Source: Candidatus Woesearchaeota archaeon
GTDB lineage: Archaea; Nanobdellota; Nanobdellia; Pacearchaeales; UBA284
DNA: 64,000 nt
Direction of reading: 5' to 3'
NCBI GenBank assembly: GCA_964599615.1
Contig: CAZRGF010000004.1
Coordinates: 3,810-67,809, forward strand
Of the stretch, positions 40,607 through 49,614 are shown piece after piece. The notes beneath the pieces were generated by a model. It did no database searches and was not told where the DNA came from. It saw only the letters and a program-made list of their open reading frames with translations. A program made the translations under genes and the position numbers. Each line of letters opens with the position of its first letter. Positions within the stretch are counted from its first letter, which is position 1.

Positions 40607-40742
40607 AACTTGATTTCGCTGGAGATAAGTGTAAATTATTTAGATTTTATTTTTGATTCTTGTTTTCGAAGAATTTTTGAAAAAGTTTAGAAGACTAGGG
40701 GCATAATATCCTGTAACATAATTCGCAGTGGCGAAGTCAAGT
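40607..40742 (+). repeat. Family-1 TIR-bounded repeat with 10-bp flanking direct repeat
   Basis: AACTTGATTTCGCT ... TGGCGAAGTCAAGT; TAGGTAACTT at 40602 and 40742. Confidence 0.75.
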
Positions 40743-40799
40743 AGGTAACTTAATTTATTAAGATTAGATTTCAACTTACAGGGAGATAAACTTTAAGGA

Positions 40800-41735
40800 T
40801 TATGGGATGCTCTCTATATTCTGGCAAGTTTTAGTGATTTCGCTTTCATCTAATGAAAGCAAGAAAACACCAGCACAACCCTTCCTGTTTCCATCACAAT
40901 GAACTGCTGCAGCATGTGTACTTGTCCAAAATGTAGTTATTTGCCCAGCAGTTATCGCAGCAAGAGCTGCAACACCTATCCAAATTGAAGCCGTCCCCAC
41001 AGTTGATAACGCTCCAGCACCTTCAACCCCCATAGCACCCATGGCTCCAAGAGGGCCAACTACTGATTTGGTTAATCCTGCTCCTCCAAAGACCAGTGCT
41101 CCCACCATAGCACCTTCTCTTTTCAATGCACTTCCGAGATCATCTCCCTTTATCATCATAAAAACAACAGCTAAATCTTTATCTGTTTTCGAAGGTTCTG
41201 CATTTACTTTTTCTTCTAATCCCCCCTGTCCTCCGGTAAAGTATTCCATGTAAGTGATATTTTTGATAGGAACCTTGGTATCAGCAAGATAATCCATAAG
41301 ATATATTGATTGGGGGTTTTCCTTTAATTTTTCATCAAATTTTATTGTTGAACAAATAAGACAATTTGCTTTTGAAGTTCCAAACAATCCAATTTCTCTC
41401 CATGCGCTTTCAGAAAAAAAATCTAAAGGATTTCCTTCAGAATCACTGACCATCCACCAACAGTCATACATCGCATTTGCAACTGTTCTTTCAATAGTCA
41501 CCTGGTCCCTGGTTTTGATTTCTATATTCTCGGTTTTGCATTTTAATGGGACTAAGGACTGGGTTGGTTGAATCCCCATAATAGACGCACTTCTTAGGAC
41601 TATAGAATTATGGCAGGCATCTTTATCAGGACTGATTTTGATATTGTTCATAACAATAAAAAGGACAGCCCCTGCAAGAATCACTATGATTAAAGAGATT
41701 ATAGTTGTCTGCGTTAAAGTTCCTCTTTTATTCAT
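40800..41735 (-). CDS. Class III signal-peptide protein with C-terminal glycine-zipper hydrophobic segment
   Basis: MNKRG|TL + TM; C-x-C pattern DCWW..CLICS; GAMVGALVFGGAG...GAMGAMGVEGAGA...IGVAALAAITAG. Confidence 0.8.
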   Translation of the reverse strand: MNKRGTLTQTTIISLIIVILAGAVLFIVMNNIKISPDKDACHNSIVLRSASIMGIQPTQSLVPLKCKTENIEIKTRDQVTIERTVANAMYDCWWMVSDSEGNPLDFFSESAWREIGLFGTSKANCLICSTIKFDEKLKENPQSIYLMDYLADTKVPIKNITYMEYFTGGQGGLEEKVNAEPSKTDKDLAVVFMMIKGDDLGSALKREGAMVGALVFGGAGLTKSVVGPLGAMGAMGVEGAGALSTVGTASIWIGVAALAAITAGQITTFWTSTHAAAVHCDGNRKGCAGVFLLSLDESEITKTCQNIESIP

Positions 41736-41764
41736 TTTTAATATTCCTTTTATGATTTCCAAAC

Positions 41765-41872
41765 TTATAATACTTTTGCTGTTCTTAATATAGCATATAA
41801 AATACCAAAGATTATTGCTGCTGCTCCGATCCACAAAATTATTTTTATGATCGTTTCGGGTATTTTATCCAT
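41765..41872 (-). CDS. 35-aa single-TM peptide (absent from ORF track)
   Basis: MDKIPETIIKIILWIGAAAIIFGILYAILRTAKVL. Confidence 0.55.
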   Translation of the reverse strand: MDKIPETIIKIILWIGAAAIIFGILYAILRTAKVL

Positions 41873-41909
41873 GTTTTTATTATCTCTTTATCAATATTTT
41901 TTTATGATA

Positions 41910-41968
41910 AACTTATAGATGGCTTTTGTCAGCCAAATCTTTTGTTTAGTAACTATGCTTTCGCTTTT
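41910..41968 (-). repeat. Family-2 hairpin repeat
   Basis: Reverse AAAAGCGAAAGCATAGTT...GATTTGGCTGACAAAAGCCATCTATAAGT. Confidence 0.7.
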
Positions 41969-41980
41969 AGTATTATCTAT

Positions 41981-43126
41981 TTAAGTTTGAGCAGCCTGTT
42001 TATTCTTTAAATCTTCTGCTTTGATGTCATTAACGATAACTAAAGGGCCGAGCCATAAATTAGCTTTTTCAGGCAAACAGTTTGTTCCAGATATTCTTGC
42101 TTTTCCTGCTCCTACATAAAGGTCAATATGCTGGCCTTGGATTGCTCCCCCACGATCTTCAGCAAGATAATATTTCTTATTCCATTTTTCACACTCTTCT
42201 TTGCAAGTGCTTTGCTCACAGTCAAATTCCAGATAAACCACACTTGCTCCACTTGAAGAACTTGGGATAACCCCTGGATCAACAGCAATTGTTCTTCCAG
42301 GAGTTGGGTCTGTCCCTAGACTTGTTGTTCCAAACTCACAAGCCGAACATCCTAGAAAAGGTGGACTTGTGTCTTTAGTCTCTTTTATGGTGCTATACGA
42401 ATAGATTTCCCCATCAGTGCCCAATCCAGAACCTTCACATTTTACAGTCTCATAAAATTGTTTGTCATCTCCTAATTGGCAATAATAAAGTCCATCTCCC
42501 CCTGTTTTTGAATTAGGGTTTTTCCATAATTGAAAATCACCCTCATAAGGCGTATAGTATCTAGTTACTTGAAATTCTCCCAAACTCTTCCAGGTGCTAT
42601 CTTTTTGATATTTTCCAGCTGATTCAGAACTGGCAATCTGCTGATTTTCTAGGTTCATAATTTTTTCTTTTACATCATAGACATCGCCATTATCTGTAAC
42701 AAAAAATTTCTTAAATACAGTGATTGGGAGCAGGAAAAATTTATTGTCGGACATAAATGGTTTTTTTAATTCTCTGCATATTGCAGATTTACATTCTTTT
42801 TTGCATATACAAACAGCATACTTGTAAGCAAAAGAACTGGGCTTAGTGAATCTATCATATTTATTAACTGAAGTATCAAAAGTCACGATTGTCCAGCCAG
42901 TAGGGACATAAAAATAAACTGCCTCTGAATCTCCTGGTTCCAAGCCAGATAATGTTTGATAAAGTCTGTCTAGAGTCCCTTTTGCTTGTTGTTCATCTTG
43001 TTTTCCGAATAACATATCATAAAAAATCCCTACTAACGCAATAACCAGAATAATTCCCATAACAGCCAAAATAATCTTTATGATCTGGCTGCTCATCATA
43101 TTCAAACCCGCTTTTTTGTTTAACAT
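41981..43126 (-). CDS. Class III signal-peptide protein fused to 3D (MltA-like lytic transglycosylase) domain
   Basis: MLNKKAG + TM; C-terminal FQVTRYY..GTTSLG..RTIAVDPGVIP..AEDRGGAIQGQHIDLYVG. Confidence 0.88.
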   Translation of the reverse strand: MLNKKAGLNMMSSQIIKIILAVMGIILVIALVGIFYDMLFGKQDEQQAKGTLDRLYQTLSGLEPGDSEAVYFYVPTGWTIVTFDTSVNKYDRFTKPSSFAYKYAVCICKKECKSAICRELKKPFMSDNKFFLLPITVFKKFFVTDNGDVYDVKEKIMNLENQQIASSESAGKYQKDSTWKSLGEFQVTRYYTPYEGDFQLWKNPNSKTGGDGLYYCQLGDDKQFYETVKCEGSGLGTDGEIYSYSTIKETKDTSPPFLGCSACEFGTTSLGTDPTPGRTIAVDPGVIPSSSSGASVVYLEFDCEQSTCKEECEKWNKKYYLAEDRGGAIQGQHIDLYVGAGKARISGTNCLPEKANLWLGPLVIVNDIKAEDLKNKQAAQT

Positions 43127-43281
43127 CTTAAACATTAGAAAAAGAACAATATTATATTTAAATCTTCTCAATTAAGAATTTCCTATCTGTGTTGTGATAG
43201 TTCTCCTAATTATTTCTTGGATTTATCCTGAAAGTCGGAATCAATATGGTAGATTATAACACATATAGAAGTGATTTAAGA

Positions 43282-43464
43282 TTATTTCCCAGAAGCACTT
43301 GAATTAAATATTCCTAAAGCCATCTTAAGTTTGTCCATAATTACATTTCCAAAATTTCCTAAAGCTCCTGTTGCAATCAATATCATCATAACCAGGACAA
43401 GAAGAACAAGAATCAAGACTATGATTGTGGACATTGATAATTCAATACCACCTTTCTTTGACAT
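43282..43464 (-). CDS. Short class III signal-peptide pilin
   Basis: MSKKGG|IELSMSTIIVLILVLLVL. Confidence 0.8.
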   Translation of the reverse strand: MSKKGGIELSMSTIIVLILVLLVLVMMILIATGALGNFGNVIMDKLKMALGIFNSSASGK

Positions 43465-43471
43465 TTTAAGG

Positions 43472-43870
43472 TTAGGGTACATAATTTGGATTTTTCTCTG
43501 GGTCCTTGCAATCTTCTTCGTTTTTTAGCGTTACTGTTTTTCCAGCTGCATCCTGGTAAGTATAAACTGCCTTATACCTCACATCTGGCAGATTGTAGCA
43601 ATAGAACAATTCTTCTGTCTGCGTTTTAGAATTTCTTATAGCCACCTGTTCACCACAATATTGCTGCAAGGTGTAAAATTTTTCACATTTATCTTTAGCA
43701 GAAGACAAAACATCGCTCCCATAAACTCCCTGGATTCCAAGTATCTTTTCCCATAAACTTTTTAAGGTTCCAGAAAAGAACAAACCTAATATTACTAGCA
43801 CCATTATCGCTAGGACTAGAATAATGATTGTGGTTATGTTAATCTCTACCCCTTTTTTATTTTGCACCAT
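43472..43870 (-). CDS. Class III signal-peptide pilin-like protein
   Basis: MVQNKKG|VEINITTIIILVLAIMVL; 4 Cys. Confidence 0.82.
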   Translation of the reverse strand: MVQNKKGVEINITTIIILVLAIMVLVILGLFFSGTLKSLWEKILGIQGVYGSDVLSSAKDKCEKFYTLQQYCGEQVAIRNSKTQTEELFYCYNLPDVRYKAVYTYQDAAGKTVTLKNEEDCKDPEKNPNYVP

Positions 43871-43922
43871 TTTTTAATACTAATATAGATTTTTTTTCTT
43901 TTTAAAACTTTCTACTAATCAA

Positions 43923-44894
43923 TTAAACAAAAATGCATTTTTTATTATTTTCCTCTTTGATATCAATGACCATGTTGTCAGTGATTTCTCCATCTGGCCT
44001 AGAACCTTGGCACAGAACAATTGTTTTTTTCACTTCTTGGGGGATAATCAAAGTATCTTGTCCAGAATTAGATGTTTTCATTTGATTTACTTTCTCAGAA
44101 TCATATTCAAGCCATGCTTCTTGATTATTATAATGGATAATAAAACCAGCGGGGAGTTCAACTAATTTTTGCCCAGTTTCAGAATCAAGATCATTGAAAA
44201 AAGCTATTGCATCTGGTCTTCCTTCCTGACATTTTGGCATTTTATCAATTAATTTTCTGATTTGTTCTAAGCTGGCATCTGGGGGAACATTTTTGCTTCC
44301 AATGAACGGTTTCTGGATAATATTTGGTTTATCAGGAACATTGGGATTATAAAAAGTCAAAATAAAGATTCCACTAGATTCTTTTAAAGCATAGTTCGAA
44401 ATAACATACCCCCTTGAGACTTCTTTTACTTTTGGAACTTTTTCAGAAAAAACAAGATTAAAAACAGCAGGCAGATCAACTTTATGAGAAAAAAGTCCGT
44501 CAGGACTTTCTTTTGCAGATAAGATCTTTAATGTAGGTTCTATTTCAAGACTTTTCAATTCTATTTTTTTGTCATATAACGTTAAATTAGATGCGCCATT
44601 ATCTACTTTAAGAACAGCATTTGTATGGAATACAGCTGGAAAATTTGGAAAAGTCTCACAAAAACAAGATTCATCTTTCATAGCTTGGCAGATATCCAGA
44701 TTTTCGACAAGAATATCAAAATTATCAATAATTTCTCCTTTTGTTTCAGGGTCTAGCTTTTCTCCCCCAAGGCCCTGAATCCAAGGCAAAATAGTTTTTG
44801 GGAAAAAAATAATTAATATTCCGATAAGCAAAACAATCATGATCACTGCAAAAATTGCATTTTTTGTTTCAGCTGAAATCTCTTTTTCACTCAT
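43923..44894 (-). CDS. Membrane-anchored secreted protein in pilin array
   Basis: N-terminal TM; C....D.SCFC. Confidence 0.7.
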   Translation of the reverse strand: MSEKEISAETKNAIFAVIMIVLLIGILIIFFPKTILPWIQGLGGEKLDPETKGEIIDNFDILVENLDICQAMKDESCFCETFPNFPAVFHTNAVLKVDNGASNLTLYDKKIELKSLEIEPTLKILSAKESPDGLFSHKVDLPAVFNLVFSEKVPKVKEVSRGYVISNYALKESSGIFILTFYNPNVPDKPNIIQKPFIGSKNVPPDASLEQIRKLIDKMPKCQEGRPDAIAFFNDLDSETGQKLVELPAGFIIHYNNQEAWLEYDSEKVNQMKTSNSGQDTLIIPQEVKKTIVLCQGSRPDGEITDNMVIDIKEENNKKCIFV

Positions 44895-44920
44895 GTTTTA
44901 AATTGTTTGGGGCAATAAGC

Positions 44921-44987
44921 TAATACCCCTTATAGCTGGCTGTAACAGCAGCCAAACCTTTTATTTAGCAACTGCGCTTCGCTTTTC
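44921..44987 (-). repeat. Family-2 hairpin repeat (best-conserved copy)
   Basis: Reverse GAAAAGCGAAGCGCAGTTGCTAAATAAAAGGTTTGGCTGCTGTTACAGCCAGCTATAAGGGGTATTA. Confidence 0.8.
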
Positions 44988-45023
44988 TCCTCCTTTTCGA
45001 ACTTATTTATAATCTTAATCATT

Positions 45024-45233
45024 TTATATTACACCACCCAATTTGAGTAAGTTTATTAATACTATCCACCAATTGACACCCATATTAACCCAATCCTTTC
45101 TTAGGAGGTTATAGACTGCTAAGAATACTCCTGCTAGTAACCATAGAATTCTTAACCATTGGTCATTAAAGAGAACTGAGCTGACTAATAGAATCATTCC
45201 TATAATCGCTAATAAATTTGTTATCCATTTCAT
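45024..45233 (-). CDS. Small 3-TM membrane protein
   Basis: Hydrophobic 69-aa ORF. Confidence 0.6.
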   Translation of the reverse strand: MKWITNLLAIIGMILLVSSVLFNDQWLRILWLLAGVFLAVYNLLRKDWVNMGVNWWIVLINLLKLGGVI

Positions 45234-45235
45234 TT

Positions 45236-45391
45236 TTATCTCCCAAATCTGAGAAGTTCTTTCAATTTATCTCCCAGATTGATTCCAGAATTTTTAAAAT
45301 AGACGATTGCGATGATGATTATCGCTAATAATACAATTCCGACAATCCACCAGACAATCTCATTCCAGACTACTCCTCTTTTGTTTCCCAT
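45236..45391 (-). CDS. 51-aa class III signal-peptide pilin (absent from ORF track)
   Basis: MGNKRG|VVWNEIVWWIVGIVLLAIIIIAIVYFKNSGINLGDKLKELLRFGR. Confidence 0.75.
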   Translation of the reverse strand: MGNKRGVVWNEIVWWIVGIVLLAIIIIAIVYFKNSGINLGDKLKELLRFGR

Positions 45392-45441
45392 CTTCTTCTA
45401 GAAAACAAAACAATTATTTAAATCTTGTCAAATAGAATTTC

Positions 45442-45948
45442 CTAAAGCGCACCTACCCTTTTTCCTTCTTCATAGCCTTCTTTTAATAGTTTTTCTCCAA
45501 TATCTTTTGCTCTTTCAAATCTTGCCCTTTCTCTTGGTAACATTCCAGGAATTTCCTCTACTCTAGCATCCAGAAGATAATCTCCTTCACTATAACCTTT
45601 TATATAAATATTGTCCCCTTCATCTACCTTTAGATTACGATTATTATCATAAACACTAATATATTTTGGCTCGTTGAAAAAACCTAACAAAGTGTAATTA
45701 GTGATATTTGCTTCAGTAAGCCCCCCCTTATAATAAGAAAACTCTTTTGTTACGCCGGCAATTGGCCAAAAAATTGGTCTTTTGCTTATGACATAGCTAT
45801 TATCTGCTGTAAAGTATTGTACCCTCTCAACTTTTCTTCCAGTAAAAAAATTATGTCCTATCATTACTGAGTCAAATACTCTCAAAAGACCAGATAGTCC
45901 AATAACAACTATTCCTGCTATGCCTATTGCTCCTGTTAATTTGCTCAT
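45442..45948 (-). CDS. Hypothetical membrane-anchored protein
   Basis: N-terminal TM; DxNxN loop; own TATA. Confidence 0.6.
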   Translation of the reverse strand: MSKLTGAIGIAGIVVIGLSGLLRVFDSVMIGHNFFTGRKVERVQYFTADNSYVISKRPIFWPIAGVTKEFSYYKGGLTEANITNYTLLGFFNEPKYISVYDNNRNLKVDEGDNIYIKGYSEGDYLLDARVEEIPGMLPRERARFERAKDIGEKLLKEGYEEGKRVGAL

Positions 45949-46013
45949 CCAATAAATTATCTTTCGGGGTTTATAAATCTTTCTTTTGTTGTTATTATAA
46001 AGTTATACTAAAA

Positions 46014-48209
46014 TCACTGCGTTACAATTCCGCCGATAGCAACAGAAGCTAAAGCAGCTAATGCTACTATCGCGACAATAGCTGTTATGAAATAGAGCAT
46101 CATTCCTGTTGATAGATTTTTATAGATCTCATTCTTCTCTCCTAGTTTGTCTTCTCCATTTTCTATAGTAACTAGAGTAATAGTCAGAATAAATATGACT
46201 TCAACAATATAGATTCCTACAGCAACTTGGAGCCAGTAAGGGGGAATCATCTTAGAGATGTCAAACATAGAGACAATAGAACCAATGCCCCCCATGCCTA
46301 TTCCAGAGTCAAGATTAGATCCTGCATCAAGCATAGATTTTAATTTTCCCAAGATCCCGGTTATCATAGAAGCTAAGCCGACGACAATAGCTGAAAGCAA
46401 AGGTGCTAAAAAAGTCATATTGCTTTTCATGCTGCTGGTTATCTCAGACAATAGGTCTTTGAGTCTTTCATTGACAGTATGGATATTCTTAACATATACG
46501 CTTATTGACATCAATGCTTTAGCAGCAATTCCTAGACCTTTTTTAACAGCTTCAATCATTATCTGCATCGATGTTCTTAATAATTCCGAAGGATAATAAT
46601 TAATAGCTCCTCTGCCAGAACTGAAAATAGCGTCTTCAATAGACATGCCTGCTTGCTGGATATTCGTATTAACTAAAGAAAAAAATCCAGCAGAAGCTGT
46701 GCCCTTGGAGCTTTCAGCAACTCTTCCGAAAACCATCTCAGCAGGAACACCATCAGCTAATCTGTTTCCTAACTGAAATATGCTTGAAGAGAATTCTGCT
46801 TCAAGTTTTTTAGTTTGTTCTCTTGTTTTTACAAGTTTATCTGTCTTGAACTTATAAGACAGGATGAAAAATATTGCAATTGCCAAGGGAACAAATAAAG
46901 ATAGTATTAAAGCAGTTGTTCCAAAAGGCCCGACAGTAGCTCCTTTTTCATCAATTATAAAATCAAATAACTTGTTATTCTGTCCTAAGAATCCTAATCC
47001 AAGTTCATTGAAAGTATAATCTTTATTCAATCCCATTGACTCAGCCAACCCGAATTGGAACAAGAATGGAAGAATTCCGAGGATAAAAAAAGGCAGGGCA
47101 ATTAAGAACGCTTTGGTATAATGGCTTTTATCTGCATAATCTTTATAATTTTTATTTTTTTCAAGCAATTCTGTCTCTCCAAATCCGCCTGGTCTTTTAG
47201 CAAGAACATTATTAGTCATATAGAATATTGCAAAAGGAATGACAATATCATACATAACCGCAACATGATACCATCTGACTGCTCCTCCCAATAATGTGGA
47301 AGCTAAAGGCATTAAAGCCAATCCCAAAGTAGGGAGCACAATTCCCAACATATAAACATTAGTTATTGGAGAAGCCACATCATGGCTAAAGTGCAGCATT
47401 TTTTCATAAACCCCATCCAGAATGATTTGAAGAGATTTTTCCAGAGTAGCTAACCTCCTCTCTTCAATTGGTTCATACAAAGAAGATTCAATCATATGGA
47501 AAGATTCAACAAATTCTGGAGCATCTGCTCGCCATTTTTCCAGATAAGCATCTAAAGCATCTTTGATAGTAGGGCATTTTGCTGTTTCAACATCCCAAAA
47601 TATTTTCTTGAAATCTAAAGATAATGGCGGTTGTAGATGCTGGGAAGCAAATCTTATTGCTCCTTCAAGGTTAGAAGTATGCCTCATATAGACGACAATA
47701 TATAGAATAGCAGGGACCATCTGACTAGAAGCTTTTAATTTCCATTTCTGGGCAATTCTTGCAGGCATAGAACCAATGTAATAATAAAAGAAGAAACTTG
47801 TAACTGCTAATAAACCGAAAATCATAGCAATCTCGCCGCTTAATTCTCCAGTCATCATGAAAATAGCGCCTGCAATCAAGAATGACAAGAAAAATGCAAC
47901 TATTAAAGTGAACCAGGCAAGTCCTGAAGATTCATTTGCTTTAACATCAAGATGGCTAGTGTTCAGATCATTCTGGATTTTTTCTTCTTCCTTTGGTTTT
48001 AACTTTACTTTAAAACTTTTCCCTATATTCTTGCAAGCTTTTTCATACCATCCAAGACTTCTCAGAGTTTCTTGCTTAAATTGGTCATAATCTTTAGAAT
48101 AATCAACAGGAAGATCTTTTCCCAATTGATTCGCCATTTTCATCTCAAATTTTCTGAGAATATCTTTGGTGTCTATATTACTTTTTCTATTACTTGGGAT
48201 AGGGACCAT
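46014..48209 (-). CDS. Type IV pilus membrane platform protein (TadC/ArlJ-like, two T2SSF-like domains)
   Basis: YMRHTSNLEGAI.FAS..L..PL..DF; LGNRLADGVPAE; multi-TM. Confidence 0.8.
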   Translation of the reverse strand: MVPIPSNRKSNIDTKDILRKFEMKMANQLGKDLPVDYSKDYDQFKQETLRSLGWYEKACKNIGKSFKVKLKPKEEEKIQNDLNTSHLDVKANESSGLAWFTLIVAFFLSFLIAGAIFMMTGELSGEIAMIFGLLAVTSFFFYYYIGSMPARIAQKWKLKASSQMVPAILYIVVYMRHTSNLEGAIRFASQHLQPPLSLDFKKIFWDVETAKCPTIKDALDAYLEKWRADAPEFVESFHMIESSLYEPIEERRLATLEKSLQIILDGVYEKMLHFSHDVASPITNVYMLGIVLPTLGLALMPLASTLLGGAVRWYHVAVMYDIVIPFAIFYMTNNVLAKRPGGFGETELLEKNKNYKDYADKSHYTKAFLIALPFFILGILPFLFQFGLAESMGLNKDYTFNELGLGFLGQNNKLFDFIIDEKGATVGPFGTTALILSLFVPLAIAIFFILSYKFKTDKLVKTREQTKKLEAEFSSSIFQLGNRLADGVPAEMVFGRVAESSKGTASAGFFSLVNTNIQQAGMSIEDAIFSSGRGAINYYPSELLRTSMQIMIEAVKKGLGIAAKALMSISVYVKNIHTVNERLKDLLSEITSSMKSNMTFLAPLLSAIVVGLASMITGILGKLKSMLDAGSNLDSGIGMGGIGSIVSMFDISKMIPPYWLQVAVGIYIVEVIFILTITLVTIENGEDKLGEKNEIYKNLSTGMMLYFITAIVAIVALAALASVAIGGIVTQ

Positions 48210-48355
48210 TATTACCTCTTTTATTTTCTATTTTTAGGAAAACAACTTATAAAAACATTTCTAAATCAATAAAACGAAATATATACTTGAGAAGCAAAAG
48301 GTATTTAAACATCATACTTTTAAATCTTTCATAATAAATAAAAAAAGAATGTAAA

Positions 48356-48634
48356 ATGTTAAAAATTATGAATATAAGTGATGTTGTTGGAATGAAGCTG
48401 TTTACAGATTCTGGCGACTTTCTTGGAGTTATAGAAGAAGCCAACCTTGTCGACAATAAGCTTGATAGTTGGCGTGTTAAGGTTGGAAGAGATTCTACCC
48501 TAGCCCCATTATTAAGTGGCGCAAGAGGTTTGATAATTCCACACCAATATGTTAAGGCATTTGGTGAAGTTGTTATAATCAGTAAGGCAGCTGTACCAAT
48601 AAAAGAGGATATGTCTGAAGAGTTCGTAGCATAA
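48356..48634 (+). CDS. PRC-barrel protein (CdpB-like)
   Basis: SDVVGMKLFTDSGDFLGVI...IIPHQYVKAFGEVVII. Confidence 0.85.
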   Translation: MLKIMNISDVVGMKLFTDSGDFLGVIEEANLVDNKLDSWRVKVGRDSTLAPLLSGARGLIIPHQYVKAFGEVVIISKAAVPIKEDMSEEFVA

Positions 48635-48644
48635 ACATCACAAA

Positions 48645-49130
48645 ATGGTCGATACCGTACAAACAACAATATTTGCAAATCCGTTCTTTGTCTATTTATT
48701 ACTACCTTTCTTGCTTGTTTTTGTCATAGTCTTTTCAATTCTTGAAAAAGCAAAGATTCTTGGAGAAAACAAGAAAGCAGCAGATGTGATTGTGGCGATG
48801 GTTATCGCTTTTATATTTGTGGGGGTTTCTTCTGTTGTTGACATTACTTTAAAATTCATCCCAATTATCAGCCTTTTCTTGGTTTTGATTTTAGGTTTCT
48901 TGTTATTATTTGGTTTTGCAGGCATAAAAGTAGAGGGGAACAAAGGATTGCAGATTGCAATCGGCATTGTCCTGGGAGTAGCTTTCATAGGGGTAGTATT
49001 ATGGGCAACAGGTGTTTGGAGTAAAATCATATTTTCAAGTGTAACACTTCAGTATATCTTTTTGTTTTTACTTTTTGGAGGAGCCTTAGCATTGATTGTC
49101 GCAACAGCTCCTAAGCAAAAATCAGCATAG
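48645..49130 (+). CDS. Multi-TM membrane protein, paralog 1
   Basis: LLPFLLVFVIVFSILEKAKILG motif. Confidence 0.8.
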   Translation: MVDTVQTTIFANPFFVYLLLPFLLVFVIVFSILEKAKILGENKKAADVIVAMVIAFIFVGVSSVVDITLKFIPIISLFLVLILGFLLLFGFAGIKVEGNKGLQIAIGIVLGVAFIGVVLWATGVWSKIIFSSVTLQYIFLFLLFGGALALIVATAPKQKSA

Positions 49131-49157
49131 TTAATAATTAAATTTCATGGAGGAAAA

Positions 49158-49481
49158 ATGGGTTATATAGAACTTGAAAAAAGTATTGATGCACACACAG
49201 GCCCGCTAAAAAAAGCTAGGGCAGGAAAAATAGACAATCCTTACAAATTCCTAGAAGATACAGAAAAAGCACTTGATAATGATTATGGGAAACTTGTTTC
49301 ATCAGGATTTGATGTTAAAGTTAAAAACAAACTTCGAGGAAAAATCCTTTCTGGAGTAGAAAGATTAAGGATACTTGCTCTTAAATATACTCCTGAACGA
49401 ACAGGAGATCGTGAAACATATGAAGAGATGGCAACTCGCCTTGCACTTAAATCAGAAGAGCTTGCTAAAATGGATAAATAA
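49158..49481 (+). CDS. Hypothetical protein
   Basis: 107-aa ORF with GGAGG upstream. Confidence 0.6.
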   Translation: MGYIELEKSIDAHTGPLKKARAGKIDNPYKFLEDTEKALDNDYGKLVSSGFDVKVKNKLRGKILSGVERLRILALKYTPERTGDRETYEEMATRLALKSEELAKMDK

Positions 49482-49614
49482 TTTTTGGTATATTTCTAAA
49501 TAAATGCTTTTTTGTTTACATCCCTATCTTCAATTAATTTAATAAAAAATCGAAAGATATAAAAAGCATTTATTCTTTTCTCTAGAATAAAAGAGGAAAC
49601 AGTAAAAGAGAAAA

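Noticed and set aside
44921..44987. Repeats as integron attC or Xer dif sites
   Set aside because: No consistent RYYYAAC/GTTRRRY boxes, no 11-6-11 dif symmetry and no integrase in the window
27997..48209. Archaellum operon
   Set aside because: No archaellin (G-x-x-G-I-x-T-L-I-V-F-I-A) N-termini, and no ArlH or chemotaxis genes; better described as a T4P-like system
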